Positions 51,701 through 61,289 of a DNA stretch of 64,000 nt are shown one piece after another. Below the pieces are notes generated by a model that saw nothing but the letters and a program-made list of their open reading frames with translations, had not been told where the DNA came from and did no database searches. Origin of the DNA: Heterodontus francisci (taxonomy: Eukaryota); contig NC_090404.1 in the NCBI RefSeq assembly GCF_036365525.1, positions 13,668,550-13,732,549 on the forward strand, read 5' to 3'. Position 1 is the first letter of the stretch; each line of letters opens with the position of its first letter. Made by a program: the position numbers and the translations under genes.

Positions 51701-52130
51701 ATCTTCGAAAACCATCCGTATCTGTCCTCTTGCCCCCGGCAGAAGATCTCTCCGTTCAGAGGTTCCTCTCCATCACCTGCTTAGTGAGAGGTTTCTCTCC
51801 CCGAGAGATCTTCGTCAAGTGGACCGTCAATGACAAGTCGGTGAATCCCGGTATCTACAAGAACACTGAGGTGATGGCAAAGAGCGACAATAGCTCCGAC
51901 TTCATCGACAGCCTGTTATCCATTGCAGCGGGGAGTGGGCCAGCTGCGCTTCTTACTCCTGTGTGTTGGGACAAGAAGCGACCCCCTTGAAGATCATCAA
52001 CGGAACAGTTAATAACTGCAACGATAAACCAAATTTTGTGAACAGTTCCCTTGCACTGTTGGACACTGTCAATCATGTCAATGAGAATCTCTCGATTGCA
52101 TTTCATTTCTTAAATAAATAAAACAATAAA
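51701..52130 (+). pseudogene. IGHM: Immunoglobulin mu heavy chain CH4 + secretory tailpiece pseudo-exon with polyA signals
   Basis: [50 protein letters not shown]..(fs)[43 protein letters not shown](fs)CQ* closely matches shark secreted IgM C-terminus as recalled; TGA 52082-52084; AATAAA at 52113-52130. Confidence 0.92.
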
Positions 52131-53149
52131 GGTATTTTCTGTCAATCGCGATTTAAATACACAGCCGCTCAATTAATTTTGCTTCCCACATTTGCTACAG
52201 GTAGGTCAATTCATCTAAGGTAAGATATTTGCAGGTCTCGGGTCAGGGCCTTGTAGAACCAGTGCTCCCAGCTCAGATACACCACAGGTTATCGATAGGA
52301 AGCGGATTCATTACAGAATTCTGTAGAGTACCTTCAGCAAATTTCATCCCGTTGGGGGGAAATCTGAAGTTTTCCTTTTGCAAACAAACAAACGCAGCAC
52401 ATTCAGATCTCGGTGCTCCTTCTTCTCCTGTTGTCCATCTTTTCCGAATTAGGGTCAGTTTTAAGTTGTAGCCTTACATTCACTAGGAGCTGAAATGGGG
52501 GCCACACACGAATATAAACTCTACCCAAAATCCCCCCATCAGAAAGAGGCAAAGGACAATTTATTAACCCACTGCACCACCACTTCCTAAACAGTGACAG
52601 GAAAAGGACAATTGTTAATCCATTGTAACTCCACTTCTCCAATAGAGAGAGGGAAAAGGCAATTGTGAACCGACTGCAGCCCATTGCATTCTTCAACAGA
52701 GAAAGAGTATAACCCATTATACTCCCACTGCCCCGGCTGAGAGATCGGAAGGCAACTTATATATACTCAGTTGCCATAACTAAAAAGTCAGCTTCTAGTT
52801 CTCCGTGCGAAGGTTTTAAGCTTTCCACATGGAAATAATATTGTAAAATATATAAGTATACAATGCACTATGATTAAACTTTTCCCTGTTAATTCTATTC
52901 GAACAGATTGAATTCTAACAGTCCAAATCTAACTGGTGATAGAACCCTCCTCTGTTTTTTCACACTTGTATTCCTGACGTTTCTGAGGCCCAGCAGGTGC
53001 ATTGCTGAATGCATTCAACTGATGGAATATTTAAACTCGCACAGAACACATTTATGCACAGAACAGTTAACAATATTCTCTACAATGCACACCGTCAAGG
53101 CCAGACCTGGTTATTGGTTCTCTGTGGAACTTTTGAAAAATAATAAAAA

Positions 53150-53860
53150 TGCACAGGCACACTGACACGACCACACACATAAACACACTCACATGCACTA
53201 ACACAGTCATGCACCTGCACACAGGAACAGACCCAAATGCTGATATAAATGCTCCCACAGTCACACACACAAAAATAGACAGAAGTACTCACCTTAGTAC
53301 AGTCTCACGTACACAGAAACATAGACATAAACGCACACACTAGAATACACGTTAACACACATACATGGACGCACATTTTCGTACATTAACAGATTCACGC
53401 ACGTGCACAAGACAAATAGATAGATAGACACATTCACCACCAAATAAGCACCATCGTTAATATGCTGACACACACATGGATGCGCGATCATGCATATAAA
53501 CGCATACATTAATATACATGTTTTAATACATAAATATAGACATCAACACATAAACACACGCATTATCACATTTTTGGGGGCACATGGAGACATAAACAAG
53601 CCCATAGCACACCCCTTATAAATATTGACACATGAACACACATTAACTTACAGGGAGACGTAACCACATCCATCAAAGCAGAAACACAGATTTACAAACT
53701 CATGGGGACACAAACATACACATAATCAAATATTATCACGCGCATACACGCACATGGTCAGATAGACACAACACACAGACAGACACACACGCACACATAG
53801 GCAGTCACTTGAATACACGCATCAATGCACATTGACACATTAACACATATTACCATACAA
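53150..53860. repeat. CA-rich low-complexity tract
   Basis: Degenerate (CA)n. Confidence 0.8.
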
Positions 53861-54772
53861 GGTCGCATAAAGACAGTCATAAATATTTTAAAAATTTATT
53901 CATGGGATGTGGACGTCGCTGGCCAGGCCAGCATTTATTGCCAATGTTGACCTTGCCAGAGACTCCAACGTCGGTCGAAAGAATTAAAAAAAAAAGAGAC
54001 TGCAGATGTCCTGGTGAGCGGAGAAAATCTCCGAGTAGATTGGAGACCAAATCCAGAACGTCACAGGAGGTGGTGATCACTGATTAATGCAAGACGGATT
54101 GAAACAAAGAAATAGAAAGAAAAAACTCTACTAGTCCCCGTGGAAACAGGCGGACAATAAATTTACGTCATAGAGTGATATATCACACGGAAGTAAATGC
54201 ATTTTTATAATAGAAAGGGACCGATTTTTATTTATGTTTCGCCTTTCCAGGCCTCACTACGTCCAAAAGGGTCTTACAGCCAAGGACATACATTTCAGGC
54301 GTAGTCCCTGTTCCAATGCAGGAAATATTATTTACACAGTGTGAGCTGAGAAGTTTAATTGTCTGACAGAACGTTTTGTCAATCTGATTCTAGTGAAGGA
54401 GTAAAGGGATTTGGGAGTTCAGTTACTTTCCGGATAATTCCAATTTATCGTCAGTAATAAAACACCATCGTTTCAGAAAACAATCAAGAAAATTCTATGC
54501 ATGTCTGTCTGTTTACGACACATTGAAGTACCATTTTGAACGGAAGAATTGTCACCTTCTTCATCAGAATATGCAGTGACATTAGATTAATGAAAAGACA
54601 ATGACACCGACTGCCTGAGTCAACCGTGCCGTAAAAACTGTAGTTTATTCTTGCTGTAAATACATCGCCGTGTGCGGCGGGACCACACAAATATATCCTG
54701 TAAGCTCCAGCTGTCACCTGTGAACTCATTAAACTGACGGCTCTGTAAATTTTACCCAAAGATGAGGTGCTG

Positions 54773-54788
54773 GAGCGCCATCCAGTGG
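54773..54788 (-). promoter_or_regulatory. Reverse-oriented CTCF-like element
   Basis: Minus strand CCACTGGATGGCGCTC. Confidence 0.55.
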
Positions 54789-55951
54789 CGCCAGGCGGTA
54801 AATGGAATCCTGACTGAAAAATGTGTATCCTCAATTCATCAGCAAAACTGCTACATTGTTGAACTATTATTATGTTGGAGTACTGCAGTCATCATCGTTC
54901 TATTTGTATTATTACTGTAACTGCTGTCATTTTTTTTGTTTTACTGCTACTTCTGTGATTTATTGTCTCCTTTTTCTGGTATGCCCAAGCCACTCACATA
55001 TTGTATATTAATTGGCATAAATTAGATGGACTTCATGTTAATAATTCCGCAATTCATCTGATTAGACTTTTAATTTCGTAAGATTGGATATTGATATTGA
55101 TCGAGCGATAGTGAAGGAAGGGCGATATAATTTCAAGTCAGGATGCTGTGTGGCTTGGAGGGGAATTTGCAGGTGGTGGTGTTACCATGCATCTGCTGAC
55201 CTTCTTCTTCTAGGTGGAAGAGGTCGCGGGTTTCGAAGTTGCTGTCGAAGGAGCCATAGTGAGTTGCCGCAGTGCATCTTGTAGATAGTAGACATCTTTG
55301 GCTATATGAATTAAAGTGTATAATGCTAATAATAATGCTAATAATTATATGATATTATCAGATAACCATATAAATACATTGCTGATTTCAACTCTTAGGT
55401 TCTGCGCCTCATACAGTGAGTGTGGATTTCCTCATGATTCCCGCCTATCTAATAAATGGTGGTATATTTTAAATGTAATTGATGCCATTTTAAACTTGTC
55501 TCTGACTGTGGTTCGTACGTTAACTGTTAGGATTAATGGAGCACTAATGAAACAGCTTTCTTTTCTTTACTCTATGTGGGTGCTCGTTCAAATGAGATTC
55601 TGAGACGTGTTAGATTTTCTAAACTCCACAATTTCCCCGAACACTGAAGAGAGTGGCAGGGTGAATGACTGGGACAGACTGACACCGAGACAGAGACAGA
55701 TACATCCAGAAAGTGAGAGAGAGAGAGAAAGAAAAAAGATCAGAGAAAGTAATTTTCTGCAGTTGTCATTGATTGGAGCCCAACTATCATCAGTTCTGAC
55801 AGAGCAGCCAATCCTGTCCTCGGGAAACACCGCTCGGTTTCCCGTTGAATGAAGCCAGTCCTGAACTGAGTTTACTCCTCAATATCAGACTAGAAAGGTC
55901 AACATATTTTGAACATTCTTTTATTTTCTGTGGAACTTTAAACCAGACGCC

Positions 55952-56858
55952 ACGTACTCCCCATATCCCTTATTGATAATAATGCTCTTGCTGCCCGGTG
56001 AGTCTATGGTTAAATGGTCAGTGTATGTTCCGAGGATTTTATTTACTCCCTGACTTTTGAAACATTCTATGTTTGTGTTGCAGTAAGGTGTGGCAGGAAT
56101 TCAGTGTCCCCAGATCTGTCTGAATTAACCTTTCGGGAAGGACAAAGCTCAATATCGAACTGTAGTTACTCGACAACCTACACTAGCTAAATTCTGTCTC
56201 ATACATTCAGTATCCCTGGGAAGCTCCGAGATATTTGCAGAAGATTTATGGCACTTAGAGTAAATTGCTGAGCAAACTGGGCCTATATTCTCTGGAGTTT
56301 AGAAGAATGAGAGGTGATCTAATTGAGACATACAAGATTTTGAAAGGGCTTAACAGGGTAGAAGCTGAATGATTGTTTCCACTGTTTGGGAAATCTAGAA
56401 CGCGGGGGCACAGTCTCAGGATAACGGACCAATGATTCAGGACTGAAGTGAGGAGAAAATACTTCACTCAAGGAGTTGTGAGTCTTTAGAATTCTCTACC
56501 CGAAGGGTTGTGGATGCTCTACAATTGAATACATTTAAGGCTGGGATAGATAGATTTTAGGTCTCGCAGGGAATCAAGGGATATGGGGAGTGGGCAGGAA
56601 AGTGAAATTGAAGCCCAAGATCAGACATAATCGTATTGAATGGCAGAACAGGCTCGATGGGCCATATCGTCTACTTCTGCTCCTATTTCTTGTGTTCTTG
56701 TGAGATGACACCAGATTTCCCAGACAGGTTCTTTGCTGTTTTACACAAAGGAAACAAAACGGGGTATCACCGGGGTTCCTCTCTGTGACACCGCTGTGTA
56801 TTTCTGTGCCATGAACCCCACACTGCTGCAGAGATGTAGCGGATCCCAGACAAAAACA
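55952..56858 (+). pseudogene. TCR V pseudogene interrupted by CR1 (leader 55952-55997, V 56084-56818, 24-spacer RSS 56819-56858)
   Basis: ATG>ACG; stop and frameshifts; DTAVYFCAMNP; CACACTG+24+ACAAAAACA; tandem paralog of 57896. Confidence 0.9.
56257..56702 (+). mobile_element. CR1 3' fragment inserted in CDR2 of the V pseudogene
   Basis: CTGGAGTTTAGAAGAATGAGAGGTGATCT.. to (TTCTTGTG)2 tail; V sequence resumes at 56703. Confidence 0.9.
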
Positions 56859-56877
56859 CTGAGAGTTCCAGTTACTG

Positions 56878-56894
56878 CTCAGCAGAGGGCGCTC
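56878..56894 (+). promoter_or_regulatory. RSS-adjacent CTCF-binding element
   Basis: CTCAGCAGAGGGCGCTC. Confidence 0.7.
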
Positions 56895-57709
56895 TCACAC
56901 CGACAAACGGAAGCAATAACTCAGCTTCCACCACAAGCGTCACAGGCACCTTCCTGAAAGATCAAAAACTGTGCTGGATCTGTCTGTCCGATTGGATTCT
57001 GCAGTTTGTTTTCTCGGCCGCTCCTGAAAATAGTTGGATGAGGTTAATTTGGTTTCCTCTCGGTGTGTGTTTGAGCACCTGATGCCTCAAATTATATTGT
57101 TACATAAATATGTCGCATTCTTCTTGTTCTTATTATTACCATTATAATATATTTTAATGCCGTTGAATATATACACAGAGTTAATACCAACTTCAGTTTA
57201 AATCTTGACGATTCCTTTTCTTTATTTTTAATATCACAGACATACTGGTTAAATTATACTCGATTCAGACAATACGAACACGAACGCAGAGATCCAGATT
57301 AGATGCTTAATCGTAAATACCCGCACATACAAGTGATGTAACTATGACTCCTGATTCACACCTATACTATATGCTGTGGTATTTTAATATAACTGCCGAC
57401 ATTTTAAACTTGTTCATGAGTTGCGTTATTATAGTTGAGATATTATAGCTGCTCCCATCAATGCGGCACCTTGGGAATTCGTTGTAAGTGGGCATTGAGG
57501 AAATTGGATTTTCTACACCTTGCATGTCAAGGAATACGGTAGAAAGAGACAGCGACAGATAAAGCAAGAGAGAGGCTCAGAGAAAAAAAGAGAGATACAG
57601 ATAGAGAGAGACTGAACGACAGACAGAGATAGACAGATACCAAGGCAATGAGAGAGGCGGAGACACGGGGAAAGACAGAAGGAGAAAGAGAAACAGTCAG
57701 AGGCAGTAA

Positions 57710-57860
57710 CTGGCTGATTGGATGACAACTGCCATCAGTTCCGAGAGACCAGCCAATCCTGTCCCTGGGAAACGCCCCTGAGTTTGTCAATAGCGAAGTC
57801 TGTCTCTGATCTGAGTTTATTATTTAATATCAGACTATAAAGGTCCACATATTTAAAATA
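57710..57860 (+). promoter_or_regulatory. V promoter conserved in three paralogs (also ~5320-5470 and ~55770-55910)
   Basis: GATTGG, CAGCCAAT, CTGAGTTTA..TAATATCAGAC and TATTTAAA-like box at equivalent positions. Confidence 0.7.
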
Positions 57861-57895
57861 TTCTGTCATTTCTGTGGAATTCTAAACCAGCAACC

Positions 57896-58330
57896 ATGTT
57901 CTTCTCATGTTCTTTACTGATAATATTGGTCGTATTGCTCGGTGAGTCTATGTTTAAATGGTCAGTGTCTGTTCCATGGGTTATATTCATTCTCAGATAT
58001 TTGATACAATCTGTATTTTGTTGCAGGAACCAATGGAAAAGATTCAGTATCCCAGGATCCGTCTGAATTAACGGTTCTGGAAGGACAGAGCACCATACTG
58101 AACTGCAGTTACTCGACAGCTGCTGTTAGAACTCTGTTCTGGTACATTCAGTATCCCGGGGAAGGCCCGAGATATTTATTGAAAAAGTACAGCTCGGAGA
58201 TGGGAGATGAATCTCCAGATTTGCCAGACAGGTTTTCTGCTGTTTTACACAAAGGAAACAAAACAGTTCCTTTAAATATCGCCGGGGTTCTTCTCTCCGA
58301 CACGGCGCTGTATTTCTGTGCCATGGAACC
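57896..58330 (+). CDS. TRAV: TCR alpha/delta V segment V5, apparently functional (leader 57896-57941, V exon 58027-58330)
   Basis: MFFSCSLLIILVVLL + GTGAGT; GTNGKDSVSQDPSELTVLEGQSTILNCSYSTAAVRTLFWYIQYPGEGPRYLLKK..DTALYFCAMEP open. Confidence 0.93.
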
Positions 58331-58370
58331 CACACTGCTGCAGAGATATCGCAGTTCCCGTACAAAAACC
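58331..58370 (+). other. RSS of V5 with 24-nt spacer
   Basis: CACACTG (58331-58337) + 24 nt + ACAAAAACC (58362-58370). Confidence 0.92.
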
Positions 58371-58392
58371 CACACTGAGATTTCCAGACAGT

Positions 58393-58408
58393 GCCACTAG
58401 AGGGCCCC
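58393..58408 (+). promoter_or_regulatory. RSS-adjacent CTCF-binding element
   Basis: GCCACTAGAGGGCCCC. Confidence 0.65.
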
Positions 58409-59138
58409 GTCATGCCGATAAACAGAAGCAATGATCCAGCACAAAAGTGAAAAACACAGGGACCTTCCGAGAAGATCACAACAAAACTGAACATTCAACA
58501 AGAACAGGTGAGGACCACTTGCAAATTTATAATAGTTGATTTCAACTATACTAAAAATGAGCTTCACAAATGCAGTTGTGTTGAGTTAGCTCACATTTTG
58601 TCTTTTAATGTTCTTTCCTCCCTGGTCTGAGCTATTCTGCAGCCCTTTCTCCATCTCTGTTGTCAGTTTCTCAGCCCCTTTGATCACAGCCGGTCCACAG
58701 AGTCTATTTGATCTGTGTATGATGCTGGTTGACAGACAGTTTGTACTAAATGGAGAAAGTTCACAAGGGAGTGATTGCACTCTTTCGAACAAAGACTGGG
58801 CACAGAATTCCTTCAATGTTCATTGTCCTTGCGAAAGTTTGTTTCTTAATGCTTAATGTTTTCTGATACTGTTCCGCCTTACAAGTACCTGACGAGGGTT
58901 TCAATCCCACTCGCTCTCTAAATCTTCCACCATTTCCCCTATAAGGACAGTGACTGTAGCCTAGCTCGGATGTTTCCATTCACTGACAACCAGCTCACCA
59001 CCTACCGGTCTCAGCACCAGTGGGGACACTTTAAAAGTGAGGTGAAAGTATCCTAGTCCACATCAGATTATTGAGAGTAGGGATTAGAACGCGTGTCTTC
59101 AAATATCCAACTCCCCTTTTACAGTGTGGACAGCAACA

Positions 59139-59617
59139 ATGCAACTGCTCAGCATCCGAGTTGTGGGGGAGGGGGGGGGGGGGTGCATTTGTGACAGGTA
59201 ACTGTGGACTAAACATATTTCATCTTTTCTCTTATTTCCCAAACATGGTTTAAATCTGAATTTTGAACAGTCATGTGTTTGTTACAGAAACGAGTGGTGC
59301 AGGCTCAATGACCCAGGATCCGTCAGAGTTAACGTTTCCGGAAGATCAGAGCATAATGTTGAACTGCAGTTACTCGACAACGTACACTACCCCAATTCTG
59401 TTCTGGTACATCCAGTATCCCGGGGATGCTCCGAGATATTTACTGAGGGAATGCAGCACTGGGCAGATTTCCCAGACCGATTTTCTGCTGATTTAGACAA
59501 AGACAACAAAATGGTTCCTTTAAAAGTCGCCGGAGTTCTTGTCTCTGACTCTGCCGCGTATCACCGTGCGCTGAGCCCTACTCTGTTACAGGGGCGCAGT
59601 CAGTCCGTACAAAAATC
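59139..59617 (+). pseudogene. TCR V pseudogene (leader 59139-59197, V 59288-59578, broken 23-RSS)
   Basis: Leader frameshifted by poly-G; CDR2 deletion; second Cys>Arg (YHRALSP); TACTCTG+23+ACAAAAATC. Confidence 0.9.
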
Positions 59618-60137
59618 AGCAAAGACCTCTCACCTCCTCACGCTGAATCAGATCTGGAAACTGGATTGTTAACAGATAATAGAACAGGAACCGAACTGAA
59701 GATTAGGTGGCCGAATTTCTATGTTGCAGACTCGTTGTCATTCTGTGTAATATCCCTCTTAGTAACGGCTGTGGGTGGTGCCCATGTTCAGTAAGCAGCG
59801 CTTTTAATTAAAAACATTAACTATTTCCCCTCAGTGCTCCATCTCAAAGACTGGACCTGTTAAAGCCCAATATTGTCCAGTTCTCTGCTGTCAGGAGAGC
59901 AATTTAACTCATTTCCTGCTCCCCGCTCTGACGTAATGAATTGCAGAACAAAGAATCTGTGAGCTGATTGGATGAATTGGAGACCAAAAACTCTATGACC
60001 TAATTGGGCGTCACCTGCTGACTCTTTCAGGAATGAACCAACCGGTCGGATATCAATGAAAATCTTTCCAACTCTTGAGAGAAACAATTACAGATTCAAC
60101 ACGGTCTGTTCAAATCCGCCATCAGCCCTCTGCAAAC

Positions 60138-60657
60138 ATGTTGGCTTTAACTTTGTATTCATTCCTCAAAGCTTCAGCTTTCTTAACTGCTAAAGTTTAC
60201 AAGTTGCACAATCTTCCGCTTGCAGATATTCTTATAGTCGCGCTTTCTCTCGATTTACAGAGCGTCCCGTCACCTGATTATATTAGTCATAATAAAATGA
60301 TAATGAAAGCTTAAACTTCTGTATTTCTAAATTTCTGCAGGTGTTAGTGGTGCAGAGTCGGTCTCACAGGGGCCGGTCGCAGCGATGTAGTTTGAAAAAG
60401 ACTTGGTGACAATTACAGCTATTCGACTACTGATAGTACATATTGCTTACAACTGTACCGTCAGGTCCGGAATAAAGGCCCTAGAATCTGGATCTAACAT
60501 TCCTAACTACGGAGATGTTTTCATAGCAGAGGGCATTTTTTGCACCTCTCGACACTACGAAAAGTGAGGGGAATTTCACCATCCGCGACCTACGGCTGTC
60601 TGACAGCGGGCTGAGAGACGTAGTGACAGGAACCAGCGGGTGCCTCGTACAAATACA
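60138..60657 (+). pseudogene. TCR V pseudogene (leader 60138-60189, V 60341-60618, broken 23-RSS)
   Basis: Leader MLALTLYSFLKASAFLT with donor lost; AESVSQGP..*..EGNFTIRDLRLSDS, YYC deleted; CGTAGTG+23+ACAAATACA. Confidence 0.85.
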
Positions 60658-61289
60658 CTGCCGCAACGTGACAACTGGAGCGGAGCAGCGGGAAGAGTGG
60701 AGTGGGGAGAAAAGAGGAGTGTCAGTATTTATTACAGGAGTGTGTTAGTGTAAAAACAGCCAAAGCAACAGCTGTCCAACTAACAGTACAACGCAGGAAT
60801 AATGTTTGTTATTAATGCAATAATCTTGAAGTTAATTTCATAATAAGATGTCTGATTAGACTTTTCTTCCAATCTCCGTTTATTTCGCGGGCACCTTAAA
60901 TATCAACCTTAGAGAAACAGACATAAAATTAGTTCCCATTCTGTGTCAGAGTCACATTCAATCCTGGCGCTCCAGTTGGCTGGAAATGAACTGAAAGGAG
61001 GGGTTACATTCAGTTACTACTCAATAGACCATAGAGCAAAATCTTTCGGAACAATGAAGTTTCCTCTGAACTATGACGCTGTGAGACTCAGCTCTTAAAC
61101 TGTGGCGGAAGCCTGGGGTGTTGACTGTACCAATTGAGAATATTTACTGAGAAGTGATATAATGATGAGGCGCGGTGAGAGACTGTTCCACATGATGCTC
61201 CCTGAGTCTGTCACTCCGCAGTGCGGGAGGTCTGTCTGAACAGAAATATAGATCCCCGCCCCACTGCACTACTGATCCGACCAATACCA

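Noticed and set aside
51054-51833. 259-aa LINE-Ig fusion protein
   Set aside because: Ig portion is read out of frame; the ORF starts in a LINE 3' tail
54597-54640. RSS-like GTAAAAACT with upstream heptamer candidates
   Set aside because: Spacing fits neither 12 nor 23
52130-55500. IgM transmembrane exons downstream of C-mu4
   Set aside because: No STFI.LF.LS..Y motif recognised in any frame
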